Counted from the stretch's first letter, positions 37,346 through 51,523 are shown. The stretch: 64,000 bases of DNA from Camelus ferus (GCF_009834535.1 NC_045697.1:3474001-3538000); one strand, 5' to 3'. Translations and numbers: made by a program. The notes: a model not told the origin generated them from the letters alone.

Positions 37346-40047
37346 TCCCGTGGCGTCTGTCAGAGGATGAAGCGCAGTGCCAGGTGGGAGCTGGGCACAC
37401 ATGGCTGCAGAGGCTTGCGCTACCCCACGGAGCTGGTGACACCAAGGCCCCGCCCAGCCACCGTCTGCAAGTTCCCAAAGCTCAGAGGACCCTGGAACCC
37501 GCCCCAGGCAGGCCGCCCAGAGGGAGCCCTGAGGGTCTGCGTCCACCAGGCTGACCTGAGAGTCCGTGGGCCAGGTGTCCTGGCCGCTCTCACAAACCCC
37601 TCCCGCGGGGTTAAGTCGAAATGATGAGGTTGGCTGGGAGGCTCTGGGAGACGCGGGGGTGGGGGGGGCGGGAGAGGAGAGAGGGGGAGGGAGGGAGACA
37701 CAGACACAGGGGAAGGCATCTTTCCTTCTCTGTGAGGCGTCACCTTCCCCCTGGAAAGCGGCACTTACGACACTCTGAAAGAAAATGCTTGGTAACCCAC
37801 TCCTGGGGCCTCCCCCAGGTAAGCCGTGTGTGCGGGAAGGTTCTTTCCAGAGCTGCCCGTAAACCAGCTGGCAAGGCCTGCACGGCCCTCCCGGCTCTCC
37901 ACTGGCCCGGGGCCACCAGGCAGCCCCAGGAGCCAGCCCGTGCTCACTGGGAATAGCAGGCTCGGCCTGGAGAGCTCTCCCCGAGATAAACTGGGCCCTG
38001 GCCCCCAGCTTCAGCCCCTCCACTGCCCTCTAGGTCCGCAGCCAAACACAGCGGCAGCAGGGAGTCACCTCCTGCAGAGGGGGAACGAGCTACGACATCT
38101 GAAAACTAGCCCGCTCTCCGCTCCTGGGCCCCCGGGGAAAGGACAGCGGCCACCCCACTGGCGGCCTGGGCTCTAGGCCTGCCTCTCCGGGAATGGACCA
38201 CCCTCCTCTGTGCCTCAGTTTCCCTTCAGTAACTGGAAGAGGGCAGACTAGATGGGTTGGAGCACAAACACTCCAGGGCCCGAGGGCCGTGGACAATGCC
38301 GAAGCTAAGCCCCTCCCGGGGGGCAACCTGTGGTCCCGGGAGGATGCAGCCACTGCCACCCCTTCCTCTAACTCCTCCAGAGGTCAGCACCCCAGGCTGC
38401 CTGTGGGAGATCTCGAAATTCTTAGATGCTAGCGGCTCAACTGCCTTACTTTAAAGTCCTCTTCTGGCCAAACCAAACGTGCCTGTAGACGAGGCCTGGC
38501 CCGGAGGCCCGCACGTGACCTAGCAGGCAGGGAACTCGCCTGCTGGAATTTCGCACCTGGGCCTCCTGACAGCTCTCTGGTGCTCAGAAGTCCGGCCTGT
38601 TTCTTTCTGATTCCTCGCCCAGTCCTGGAAGGCACTGGAACCGGTTTGGTGTCAGGTTCCTGATCAGAGACGACTGTGTGTTTATGTGGGACAATGGGAG
38701 TAATGGCAGAGGAAGCAAAGTTTCACCTCCCAGATCCCCGAACCAGTTTCTCAGGTTGACGTTCCCAGGGGAGGGGCTGGATTACGACACCACGGGACAG
38801 CAGAAAGGGGGCGGGGCCTGCCAGCGCTGTCTTACTTAACCGTCTGGGGGATGGCACCGAGAAGCTAGTGTGTTGCCCAAGACCATGCAGCCAGTCCTGT
38901 GGGACTCCGCACGGTCGCTCTACAGCCATCGAGGGACAGGGATGGTGGCACCTGGCGAAAATGGAAACACAAGACGCTAGCATCGCTGTGCTGGTTGCCG
39001 GTGATTTTAGTTCAGCAGAACCTGAACCAAAGGTGAGGAGTGAAGAAAGCGGGGGGGGGGGGGGGGTCACAGGCAAGTGTGGAATCCCCTCCCCCAACTC
39101 TGCCCAAGGTTCCTCCTTCACCTGCACCCCAGCCCCCAGGCTCCTGGGCTCAAGGGGGCCAAGGTCAGGGACAGGGAGTCTGTTCTGCCCTCCTGCTGAT
39201 CCCACACCCGCCAAGGGCCAGAGAGCGCCCCCACCAGCTGTCCCTGGAGATGCGCCTGCACCTCCAGGAGGTGGGGGGGCACAGGGGCTGTGTGGCCTGA
39301 GGTCCTTATGCCTCGACTTTGGTGCTGGCTGTGATAGGCCCTGGCTGGTGACCTTCCTGGGACAGGTGGGAGTTGACTTAAGGTTTGTGTGCATCCCTTA
39401 GGGATGACGAAGCAGTGGTCCCTCTGCTGCTGAGACCCTCCTTGGAAAAGCCATTACCCACAGGGCTATGGGCTGAGGAGCTGCTGGGAGCCAGTCCTGC
39501 TGGGGTGAGGAGGAGGGGACAGCCTCAAAGAGGGGCACTGGATGACTTCGGGCAAGCTTCTGGATCATTCTGGGCCCCTGATTCCCCACGAGTTCAGAGA
39601 GCTGTGCAGACCCGGATTCTACAGCCAAGGCCGGCTTGGCATCCACACTGGGCAACAAAGGCAGTGAAGCCAAGAGGCAGAGAGACATCACAGGTCACCT
39701 GGTGCTCAGGCCAGGGCCTCCTAGGCCACAGACAGAGCTCCCCAATCCTTTCTGTCCTCAGGGCTCTTGCTGTCCAAGGGTTTCCTGAAGAGGGGTGCAG
39801 TTATTATCCCATTGTTCAGAAGAGGCACCAGAGGCCAGGTCCAGCACTGCAGCCCCCACCAACCTCCTCACACATGGCCAGGAGAAACTTGAGGTGCCAG
39901 GGTTACTGGCTGGGGGCCGGGGAGGGACAAGGTTCCCAGGAAAAGCCAGCAACATCCCATCTGCCCGTCTGGACCTGAAGCATCCTCCCTGTGAAGGAGG
40001 GATACACTCCTAGAAGGCTGGACGGCTCCAGAAACTCCCTAGACAAC

Positions 40048-40310
40048 AGTGTACCGGTGCCAGTTCCACCCAGCTCTCACCAGCTGGACCAGCTCAGCCA
40101 GCTCACATCAGCTAGCCAGAGCTGAGGGTGCACGTCTCCTCGCAAGGCTGTGTTCAGCGACTTCCTGCTAGAAGCTTGAAATCAGCCATGGTGGGAGAAT
40201 TTATACCATGGACGTTGGCAAGCACTTCAAATTAGGTGTTTTTTGGTTGGTTGTTTTTTGGGTTTTTTTTCTTTCTCCTGGAGTGCCGGTTGTTATGCAT
40301 TTAGCCCTGT
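40048..40310. mobile_element. hAT DNA transposon remnant (MER63-like)
   Basis: agcttgaaatcagccatggtgggag...ttggcaagcac...gccggttgtta resembles MER63 as recalled. Confidence 0.55.
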
Positions 40311-40489
40311 TTCCAAGGCTCCTGAATTCAAGAAGCTAAAGGCAGCCCCATGCCCTGGAGATATCTGCCAGTCCTCTCTGCCCTCCCAACTACTGACTCT
40401 GCCAGACGCTGGGTAAGGGTGGGCACTGGTCCTGGACAGACCTGTTCTCTATCCACCAAAGGAGCTCACAGACCAGCCACACAGAATGT

Positions 40490-41265
40490 CTTTCAACCCC
40501 ATGGGTGGACCTACTGTGCACCCAGCACTGTTCTAGGCACTTGTGAACCACACAAGCAAGGTTGCTGCCCCCTGCAGACTGCTGCCTAACAGGGCAGACA
40601 GACAAGCCATTACTGAACAAATAACACCAACGTTCAGAAACGGAAATTTCATTAAAATAATACCATCACAAATAATGCACTGAAACCCTGAGAGAGTGTG
40701 AGAAATGCAACTCAGAGAAAAGAGCATGGAGCAATAGCACCGAGCAGAAGGAGCTACTTAAGACGGGGCTGGTGGCTCCGAGGACGTGGCGCTGAGCTGA
40801 CACCTGACTAATGGGGGCCTGCTATGTCCAGGGAAGGATTTCCAGGAGACGGACGATGGGGCACGCAAAGGCTGGGAAGCGGGTGGGAGGGGCAGAGAAG
40901 GTGGGCATAGCCATGGGAGAAGCGACCTGAGAGGTGAGAGGCATTCCCTGGGGATCCCCGTGGGTGCAGGACGTCCACGTGGGATGGAGAGCCATGGGCC
41001 AGTCATAAGAGGGGCAGTGATGGGTCCGCTTTGCTCTCTGACAGTTCACTTTGGTGGCTGGGTGGACCCTAAGCGGGCAAGGGAAGAAGCAGGGAGACTA
41101 GAGTGACGGCTGATGCAGGTGTCCTGGTGGGAGATGGTGGTGCGGGAGGTGCTGTGGGGATGGAGGGGCAGGGGTTCGGGTTAGGGGCATATCCTGGAGG
41201 AGGAACCATCAGGGCTTGCTGATGAGCAAGAGATTAAGGAGGCTTGAGAGTCTGAGAAATGGTGT
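40490..41265 (-). mobile_element. L2 remnant
   Basis: cctactgtgcacccagcactgttctaggcac; gagctgacacctga; cagggcttgctgatg. Confidence 0.65.
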
Positions 41266-42334
41266 GCAGTGGTCCCAATCCTGATACATCCTAGTCCTAA
41301 CAGCCAGCGGGCCAGGAGCACAGTTGGGGGCTTTTGGGGCCACCCCAATTCTCCCTCCACCTGGCTCTGCCCTGCACTACAAGGGGCCTCATGCACGTCT
41401 GTGGACTCCAGCCAGAGTGTCCCCTCCACATCCCCTGGCAGCCATGCTGGCCTCAAGTGCAGTCCCCCTGCCAGGAGGGCCAGGGAAGGGGCCTGCCCAG
41501 GCTGCAGGATGGGCCGGGGCATCCACACCTTAGAAGGGGCTGCAGCCGCTGGGAGAAGCACATCCCCTTGGCCCTTGGGCCCCTTGTCCCCAGGGAGGGC
41601 ATGGCCTGAGGAGGCCAGAGCAGGACGCTCTGAAATGAAGGGGACCCAGGCTGCCAGGTCTGGGAGGGTCGGCTAGAGGTGGCACAGTTCACGGAGATGA
41701 GGAGGTGTGGCGCCTGGAGCTGGTCGGGGCGCTGAAGTCAGGCTCAGGCTTGCTGAACAGAGATCGCGTGTCCGATCAATCTGCACGACTCGGTGGGCTG
41801 TCTCCAAAACGAGGGCACAGGCAGGAAAAGTGATGGAAGGCGGCATCAGCCGGGTTAGAATCTACCCACTTGGTCCTTCCTTTCACACGTAGGGGGCCGG
41901 GAGTGAGCGGTCAAGGTGGCTCCAAGGGGCAACGAGGCTCGGGCCCACCCCTCCACTGCCAGGCCCTCTCCTGTGAGCGTGGCCCTCTGGATGTCCTTCT
42001 CAGAGCAGCAGGGGCCTCTGGACATGACCTCACCTTCACAAAGACCCAGGGGACCAGAGGAGGCCAAAGCACAGACAGGGAGGGCAGGGAGGCCTCAGCG
42101 GTCATCCCGGGGAGAGGCGATGGTGGCACGGACTAGGGTGGGCACCAGAGACGGGGACAGAGCCTCTGGATCCCTGAAGAGCCGGGACTGTGGCATAGTC
42201 ACCCCTTTGTCCCCAGTGACCAGTGGAGAGAGACACTGGAGACCACATTCACTGCACAAAGAGACTCAGGCCTGATTCAGTGACATCCCCCTGCACTGCC
42301 TTCACCAAGGGCAACAAGGAGGCTTAAAGAAGGA

Positions 42335-42546
42335 TGATGATGACATAGCGGCCAGTGTTTCCTGACGCTGCCTATGAGCCAGGCTCTGAGCTTCATATCT
42401 TCCCTCCATTACCTCATTGGACCTGTTTTACAGATGGTGTGACCTGGGCTCAGAGAGGGGAAGTGACTTTCCCAAGGCCACAAAGCTAACAAGACAGAGC
42501 CAGGAGGCACTCATCTCAGGCCTGGAAACCTGGGCTCTTATCACTG
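42335..42546 (-). mobile_element. MIR
   Basis: ttttacagatg...gctcagagaggggaagtgactttcccaaggccaca. Confidence 0.8.
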
Positions 42547-43374
42547 CCCGGGCCGTCTCCAGGTCAGAGGAAGCAGCAGAGGAGCTGAGAGGACAGGGCA
42601 CCTCTTGGGAAAGAGATGGGCATTCCTTTTGCGACAGAGTGGCACAGGGTGGGGGGCTGCTCCCTCTGACGCAACCCAGAGCCCAGCCCCGCCGTGCACC
42701 TGCCACCAACAGCCCACATGGGGACCCAGGCAGATTTTAGCTTCCAGTACCGTGTGCGCCAAGGGAGAAGCAAAGCAGGCAGAGTCCCCCATCTCGAGGG
42801 AACTGGGAAACAGCTCCATGTCGAAGGAGGAAGCAAAATCTAGCAGGACTGAGGGCAAACATCTGCAGGCTGCCCACCTCTCCCACGGTGGGCGTGCAGC
42901 TCGGGGGCCAGCCACGGACCCACTTGAGCTCGACTGGTGTCGTGCATGCCACGTGGGCTCCAGCTGATGGGGTATGCCGGAAGGGGTCTCAGAAGAGGCC
43001 CCAGGATCACATTACTCCTGAATCCCACCAAAGCCCCCTGAGGGCTGCTCAGCACTGTGATCTCAGAGGACACTGTTTCCCAAGCACTGGGGCCCTGCCA
43101 CCTCCTCCTCAACGTGGCTCACACATCCCTCCTGATACCCACTGCCCAGTGTCTGAGACCACTCTGTCCCCGTGAGGGATCTCCACCATAGCAATTCCCC
43201 CCTGGATGGAACCCCAGCTCCTAGTTCTGCCCTCTGGACCCCACAGCCCTGCCTACTTCCTGGTCCCCAGGACGGCACTTGGTGGTCTGGAACAGCCACC
43301 ATGCCCTCCCTAAACCTTGTCTTCTCCAGACCAAGCCCCACCACCCCCATTGCCAAAAAAAAAGCCACAGTTAG

Positions 43375-43840
43375 CCCCCTCCCTGTATGCCTGCCCCTTT
43401 GCAATAGTCCTCTCAAGACCATTCAAGGGGTGGAACTATTTCCCGAACTCTTGAACAGAAGCTGGTCTTGTACCTGCTTTGGTCAGTACGATGTACAGAA
43501 GTGATGCTATGTGGGTTTCAAGCCCAATCCTGTAGCTCTGTTTATTTCCATTCTTTCTCAAACCTCTATCCAGCTGCCATGTGTACAAGCCAGGGCCAGC
43601 CTTCTGTGGAATCGAGGGACAAGGGGCCCAGGAGCCCCTCTGCCCTAGCAGAAGAGATGCCTAGAGGGCCGGCTGCTGACCACAGACACACGAGGGAGCC
43701 TGGCTGAAGACAGAAGCCCCACCCAAGCTACACCCAAGTCACACTGTCCAACCGCAGAAGCATAAGCTAAATGAATGGTTGTTGTTTTAAGTCCCTATGT
43801 TTCAGGGCCATTTGTTTTATAGCAAAAGCTAACCGATACA
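43375..43840 (+). mobile_element. MLT1F-like MaLR LTR
   Basis: gctgaccacagacacacgagggagcc...ggttgttgttttaag...atagcaaaagctaaccgataca. Confidence 0.75.
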
Positions 43841-46199
43841 TCACCATCCCTATTCCTTCAATGGTTTGCCCTGCAGAGGGTACTACTCTCAGCTCCCCAG
43901 ATTTCTGCGCTAGACTTCCTTGAGACATGACGTCAGTTTTAGAAGGTCCCCCATAGAGTGGAGACGATGGCCTCTGCTGGCCTCTCTTGAAGTGCCACCT
44001 AGAGCACAGTGCCCCACCCACCCTGTTTCTCAAAGTCTCCCCAGTCTCCCCATTCCAGGACTTTTCATGGGTCATCTGAAATCCTCCACCTGGCTGTTCA
44101 CACACTTGAGTTCACCCTGAAGCCTCAATCAGATGCCGCTTCCTCCATGAAGCCAGTCTAACCCCTCATCTGTGTCACTGCCCTCCTCTGTCTCTGTGCC
44201 CCTGCACACTTCCTCCGTGAGGAACAGCATCTCCTGGTCACCTGGCCACCTCCCCCTAGAACAGAAGCCCAGTGAGGGCAGAGGGCGTGTCTCCTTCAAC
44301 TCTGAGTGCTCAGAGTCTAGGAGAGCCCCTGGAGGGGTAAGCGCTCAGAAAAACTGGCCGAGGGAGCGATGTGGAGAAGGGTGGGGGTATCACTGTCTTA
44401 GGTTGGTAAGGGCTTCTGGCTAATGGTACCTGTAGGTGCTTCAGAATCAGGTCTGATTACATGAGACCAGTCTGGAAACAGAACATTGTGTGGGATCCTT
44501 CCAACCTCCCACTGGCTTATTCCTGCATGTGCCTGTGCTGTCAACTACAGATGTGCCAGCTCCAAAGCCCCTTGATGGGCCGTTCCCCGAAGTCCTTCCC
44601 CACGTGCCCGGGACCCTCTGCGGGCCCCTCCTACCCGAGGCTGGAGGGCCGTCCCACGCTCACTCCATTGACTTGAGCACGTGAATCACAGGGGGCAGAT
44701 TTCAGGAGACACAGTGAATGCCCAGGTCGTGCCCAGGAAAAGCAGGCTCCCCGCAAAGTAACACCACCCCTCTCGGCAGAGCTGGCGAGGAAACAGATCC
44801 ATCTTGCAGGTGGGCAAACAGGTTTAGAAACAGCGAGTGCTTGCCTAAGGCCAATCAGAAACGGCAGAGCTGGGACATCAGAATTAGGGTGCCCATGATT
44901 CTCCCCAGTACAACAACCATTAGTTTTCACCTCAAACAAAATAACATGCATCGCATTACAGAAACAGCTCTGCATCCTGGACCCTGGGCGAGGGAAGTTT
45001 TACCTGGAGGATCCCACACTCAAACGCAGCAGCGCCCTCTGGTAGACGAGGAAACCAGGGCTCGGGGGAGGGGCTGGCTGTTCCCAGCATCACCGGCTAA
45101 CCAAGGGCAGACCTGGAGAAGTCCCTTGATGCCACTCGGCCGCCAGCACGTTCCCCGGATGCCGCTCGCCCTGTCAACAGATTTATGGCTCCATCCTTCA
45201 AAGCACACTCAAGCGGGGTTTATTACATAATAGAAAACAAAGGTAGTTTTTTTCCTATGTTTCCCACTCAGGGAGTTTTATCAAAATGCAATAAAGCTCC
45301 AGGACAGAGTGTGACTTTAATGCACAGGGCAGGACATCTAGCTCAGTTCTTCCTCAGACTCGGGGGCAGGAGGGAGGCTGGGGGGGGATGCAAATGGGGG
45401 GAAAGAATGCACATCATTCTGGGTCCCACCCACCCCAGACTCAGCCCCTCCCAGCAGCCAGGAGGAAGGGGACTTGCACTCAGCTGGGTCCTGGAGGGCA
45501 AGAGGAATCAGGCTTTGTGGCCCAGGCACCTTGTGGAATAGCGCCTGCCCCTCTCCGTGGGTGTGCTAAACCACTCACCCACGCCTCCCTACACCCAGCC
45601 GGCTCGCTGTCCCCTCCCAACGCCACGGCCGCATGCTTGCTCTAATCCGCAAGCCCATGCGGAGTGCCCCCTGTAGGACAGCGTTCAACGCCCTTGGACT
45701 GGCCCCAAGGTGTCCTTGGTCCAACCCCTCACCGGCATGTTTTCCCACCATCCTCTGCCCACCTCCCATTTTAGCCACTCCAGATTTCTTAGGATTCCTC
45801 CCATGCCAGGCTGGTTCATGCCTCCGTGTTTTTGCACCTCATGCTTCCTCTGACTGGAATGTCTTTCCCTTGCCTGGCAACCTGGAAAACTTCTGTTCAT
45901 CCTTCAAAGCCCAGTTCAGCCATCACCTCCTCTGAAACGTCCAATTACCTTTTCCTAAATAGATGTTGGTCCTTCCTTCAGTCCCTTCCTCTCTGACAAG
46001 GTTGGTCTCATTCGTGGCCAATCCTAAGGCCAGACAAAGTGCCTGGGAAGAAGAAGATGCTCAAGAAATGTTTACAGGATTGGATTCTCTGAAAACCTGT
46101 CTAATCATCTGGTGTTTAATCTGGGTGCCTCGGCCAGGCCTTCAACTGACCGGAGACAGAGACAACCTAAGAGCCATCACCTCGGAAGCCTTCACGCCA

Positions 46200-46945
46200 T
46201 GTGCAGTCAGCAGCATGATGAACCCAGAGCCGTCCACATCCTAAAGCCCAGAGCCTGTGCAGGTGTTACAGGCAGAAGGGACACTGCGGGTGTGGCTAAG
46301 TTAAAACCTTTGGGATCAGGGAGGTGGGGAGGGATAAACTGTGAGTTCAAGATATGCAAATATCAACTAGTATATGTAAAATAGATAAACAGCAAGTTTC
46401 TTCTGGTAGCCCAGGGAACTATATTCAATAGCTTGTAGTAACCTATCATGAAAAAGAATGTGTGTGTATGTGGATGACTGAAACATGATGCTGCACACCA
46501 GAAATGGACACACTGTAAACTGACTGTACTTCAATGAAAAAATTAAATTAAATTAGAAATTTAAAAAAAAAAGAACTTTGAGGTGGAAAGATTATTTTGG
46601 ATTATCCAAATGAACCTAATCAAATCACATGGGTCCTTAAAAGGGAGCACCTTTCCAGACTATGGTTAGAGAGAGCGATGGGAAACGATAGAGGGGTCAG
46701 AGGGAGGCAACACTGGTGCCTTCGGAGACAGCGGAAAGGAGCCGAGGGCTGCAGGCAGCTGGAACAGGCGAGGAAAAGAGCGTCCCCTAACGTCTCAGGA
46801 AAGGAATCAGCCCTGCTGACACCTTCATTTCAACCAGTGGGACGCATATCAGCCTTCTCCCCTCCAAAACTGTATGATAAGTTTGTGTTATTTTAAGCCC
46901 AGGGTTTGTGGTGATTTGTTACAACAGCATGAGAAAACCACTGCA
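46200..46945 (+). mobile_element. MLT1D/E-like LTR split by an L1 tail
   Basis: gtccacatcctaa...gattattttggattatcc...gccctgctgacacctt...ttgtgttattttaagcc. Confidence 0.8.
46313..46570 (+). mobile_element. Lineage-specific L1 3' tail inserted in MLT1
   Basis: Same family as 10127-10345. Degenerate TSD aaaacctttg / aagaactttg (8/10). Confidence 0.75.
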
Positions 46946-47194
46946 CACTGCGTACCAGCCCGGCTGTTTCCCCTGGGCCCTCCCAATCCCTGGGCCCTGC
47001 ACGGCCTCTGCACCACCACCCCCTTGCACACACTGTCTAGATGGCCTTCCTCTGCTTCGCCTGCCCTTCTCTACCTAGTGAACTCCTATTCATCCTTCAG
47101 AACCCATTTCCCAAGTCCCTCTTCTGGGACCCCGTCCTAGCGTGCCCTGGGGTAGGCCTGGGCACCACATCCCCTGAGGCTCAGCCGTGCCTCC

Positions 47195-47761
47195 TGAAAG
47201 AGTAGGACACTAACTAACAAAATGGTTTCCCTGATGCTAATGCTGTTTGTTGATCCATTCTGACCTAAAATTCTCGCAATTCGTTTTTCTCTTTTCTCTG
47301 ACAAACCCCCACCTCTGCTTCACTTGCTCAACTGCTTTTGTGCTAAATAGCCGCCAACCTTTCCACTACCCTCTCCACTCCCTACACATTCCTTACCCAA
47401 AGCAGCTTCTCCTTTAACCCAGAAGCTGTGCTCCAGAAAGGTGGTCACAGGCTGATGGCCTCAGAAGACTGGACAGACCCTCTGGAGTGTCTCGGTGACA
47501 CCAGGTAGATTCATCAAGATTAAGAAGAATACACCCCTGGGACAATGCCCTGATTGTTGCCACCTTTCTGTTCCATCCAGTTTTTCTGTAAAACCTCGGG
47601 ACACGAAACCCAAGATGGATTCGCAGTCTCTGAGGCGTCAGCCTGCTCTCAGTCCCCTTTGCAAGCAAAGCAATAAACCTGTTCTTTTCTAATTCTCCCA
47701 AAACTCTGCCTCCGAGTCTCAGTCTGGCCATCGGGGCACAGAGGCTGGTGGCGCGGCAGCA
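47195..47761 (+). mobile_element. ERV1-type solo LTR (567 bp)
   Basis: TG...CA termini, 4-bp TSD ctcc (47191-47194 and 47762-47765), AATAAA at 47672-47677, and a U5-like end (aaaactctgcctccgag...gcacagaggc...ggcagca). Confidence 0.8.
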
Positions 47762-48149
47762 CTCCCAGCACACATACCGTCAGGCACCACCTTGGATTCT
47801 CTGCTCTCCCACCGGTTGGCCAGATCCTGGCTGGCAAGTGCCTGTGCTCTGTGGATTCTGAATCTTTGGTGCCAAAGCAATACCTGAGACATTGCAGGGC
47901 CTCAGGAAGCAACTGGTAAGTGAGCAGGGCTTGGGCGGTCAGGGTCAGACCTCCATCCATTCATGGGATTTGTGCTACAGCAGGCAGACCCTCACAGCTC
48001 GCACCAGGGAAGGGGGCACATCTCCTCAAGACGGTTGCCTTACTTCCTCTTGCCTGAATGGCTCTTTAACCTCTCCGCCCCTCAGTGCCCTCAATAACAG
48101 CCTCAGAGGCAACCCCTCCACACACTCAAATGCACGCGGGAGTCCCCAT

Positions 48150-48605
48150 ACCTTGTAATTCAATTTGCAGGAAAGAAAGTCCACGCTTAAAATCCATCCT
48201 AGGAAAATATTCAGAAACATGGACAGACGCACGTACAAGGCCAAACCCACAGCTCTCTTTCCATCTTCATTTTAGTGAAAAATCGAAATGACGCAGATGT
48301 CTAAAAATGAGGATTTGGTTAAATAAATAATACCTCCTTCTGCTGGATATATTAGACAGCCACTGAAAATAGTGGTTTTGAAAATATGTAGGCGTGTAAG
48401 CAGATGTTGAATACATACTATAAAGCTGGGATTCAAAATTTATAAAACACGTATATGTTTGCATCTTAAAAAGACTAGTGAGAACATCCGTCTCAAACAT
48501 CCGCATTTGTAATCGCATGAGGTGGGTTAGCACAGGGCATTGCTTTATGTGCCGTTTATTTTATAGTTTCTAAAACTTTTATGAAGATCATGTAATCTTT
48601 AAAAA
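48150..48605 (+). mobile_element. Ancient L1 (L1ME-like) remnant
   Basis: AT-rich, with degenerate ORF2-end and 3' UTR motifs (ttggttaaataaataata). Confidence 0.5.
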
Positions 48606-51523
48606 TAAGGTTTGTTTTTGTTTTTTAGGGAGAATTTTCTGGAGAGGGATTTAGTAACACTCTTGTCCAGAAGACCTTTTAAAAGGTTTAATGACATTAT
48701 GTAGCGTCCTCTTTTGAGAAAACGTGAGGCCGTTACCGCTGCATTCATGAGCGGTGCCTTGTGGATTTCAGTTCAGCTCAGTAAATCCCCGGGCTCATGT
48801 CTGTCGCCAGGTACAGAGATCACAGGAAACCCAGATCCCAAGAAGAGATAAGGAGGGAGGGGCCTGGGGGAGAGGGGCTGGGAGAGCCCGGAGGAGGAAC
48901 CCGACCCAGCCAGGGTGGGGGTGGGGTCCTGAAGGGCTCCGGGGGAGGGGGCACCGAGGGATGGGGGACAGGAGAAGTAGGAGGGCGCTTCAGGAGGCTG
49001 CTGCTGAGGCCTGGGGTGGGGATTGTGCAGAGGCTTGTGGGGAGGGCCCTGCCAGATGGATGGAGTTGGGGGGGTACACTATAGGAGGACCCACAAGATA
49101 GATGGTTCTTGGCTCCACGGAAGCCCAAGAAGCAGATCATCCCCTAAAAATTCGCAGGCTGCCCCTCCCCACTGAGCATCTGTCTCCCACTTCTCAAAAA
49201 AGCATCTGAGATGACGGTAAGGATTGGGAGGCCTGGCTGTGGGCTCCGAACATACAGGGTCGCCTGCATGGGCTGGGTTGTCATCACTGCTGCAAGAGAA
49301 ATCAGATGCCCCTGCCAACCAACAGAAAGCTAAATTCAGAACCAACACGCTGCTCCGGGCCATCCCGAAGAAACCGGGAACGCATGTGCTTTCTGCCCTT
49401 GCCTGCTTTTTCCCTAAGAACTCTTCTAGAGCTCAGGGATGGCCTTTCCAGCCTGCAGGAATGGGGGCAGGGGAGCACGATGCAGGGGAGGGGGGAGGAA
49501 ACCACAGACGGCACACAGCCCGTGGGTGAGCCCAGCAGGGAAGTGGCTCCCTGGAGGTGGGTACCACACGGGAACTGGGACTCAGGCCTTCCTGGGATGG
49601 AGACGGCAGATGTTCCCATCACCTTCCAAGGCCAGCGGTCGGGTTACAGAAGGGTTCTGGATACGAGCTACACGTGGACCTGGCAGAGCTTGGCGGAGGG
49701 ATGCTGGGGAGGGCGAGGAGGAGCACACAAAGATGCCACTGTGGCCAGAGCAACACGGAAGGCACTGTGTAGGGAGTGCTGCCCTGGAGGAGCAGGGAGA
49801 CTGTGGCACCCAAGGACCAGGGCGGACTCCTCTTCCAGGAAGTCTTCCCCGATTATCACGTCCTGTGCTCGTGCAGAGTAGGGCTGCCCAAGGCTTCCCC
49901 AGTTCTCTCGGCCCCGTCACAGTGCAGACCACGTGCCATCACATGGGCTGTTTGCTTATCTGTACTCCCTAGGAAACTGTGGGTCTTGGGGGTCATTGTA
50001 GCTCACTCAAACACAGAGCCTGGATGGAAGGATGAGGTGGCTGGATGACGCACGGATGGGCAGACAAGGGAAGGATGGACCAATGGATAGATGAGAGTGA
50101 TGGAGAGAGGGAAGGAAGGGGGCAGGGAAGAGAGGAGAGGAGGGAAAGTCAGCCAGAGAACACAGTTCTAGTGACCAGAAGGGGCCCTTGGACTGGGACA
50201 GAGGAAGCCAGGCCCTGAGCAAGGCCAGGTACAGGAGTCAGGATGGAGAAAGAAGAGGCTTGGAGGCTGGAGACCCTGAGAGATTTCCTCAGACTTCCTG
50301 TGACCTCTCAGCCACCTTGGATCTGTCCTAGAGCATGTCCAGGCACCTCGAGGCCTCAGGAGCTTGACCTCATCAAACTGTTGATTCAAATTGAATTATT
50401 TATTGAATCGACTCAAATCCTGAAAGCTTTTAAGTCAGCGCCTCTCTCGATCCCTATCTGCTCTGAGTCTTGTTTAAACCAAACTCAGATCTCCATGGTG
50501 ACGTTCAAGCAAACACAGAGAGAGACTGGCCCAGGGCGGGGGGACGTAGCTGGTGGAAAGCCAGACGGACGGGCAGGGCAAGATGCTACGGACAGAGGAG
50601 GCCCTTGGACACCTCCTAAGTGCCTAGTGTTGTACACGCGAGATCGTTGTCATCTTCACAGCCACTGCGAGGTCTGTGCCATCAGCTTCATCACACAGAC
50701 GAGGCCCAGAGAGGCCACAAAAGAGGCAGGCCCAGAGTCAGAATGGAAACCAGCCTGTCTGGGGGCACCGACCACGCAGCCACCTGGCCGACGGGGAAGC
50801 CCAGCCCCTGCGATCAGCCTCCAGTGAAGCCCATCACAGTCTAAGGCTTTCTCTCTAAAATAATCCCCACTCTTCTGGACCACAAAGGGCAAAGCGTGTC
50901 ATCACTTGATCCCTGCAGGCACTCCATACCGTCCACCTGTAAGGATGCTACCAGCACAACGGCTCTTTGTGTTCAGGATGTTCGGGGCCAGGCTGAGATG
51001 CCCAGGACTGCCCACGGGCTTTGAAATGCTTGGCTCACCCACCGCTCGGCTCTGCCCTCCACCCTCTCAGGACAGTCCCACAGGGCAATGTCCCCACCCC
51101 CGCAGAGACGAACCTGGCTGCCTCTTTAGGTATTAAAGGTCAAGAGGTCGTCATGTGGCTGTGGTCTGGCGGCTCAAATTCCCTAGACTCCGCATTCGCA
51201 ACACATAACCCTAAAATTCTGTATCTCAAAAAATGGAGAGAGGCATATACCCTAGGAACATAGAATCCACCCGGGTTTGAAATGGAACAGTATAATGACA
51301 CAGTAACATTACAGGTGAACAGAAGTGGTCTGAAGATCTCAAAGGCCAGTTCTGCTGGGATATAAAACTCATGAAACAGAGTTTCCCAAAGCTTGTTCCA
51401 TGGAAAATCAATCCCAGGAAATGCTCAGGGGGACAAAAATAAAATAATACTTCAATATTAAAGTGTATACATAAAACAAAATTTAAACAAGCAAAACTGA
51501 ACAAATAAAAATTTAATTAAAAT

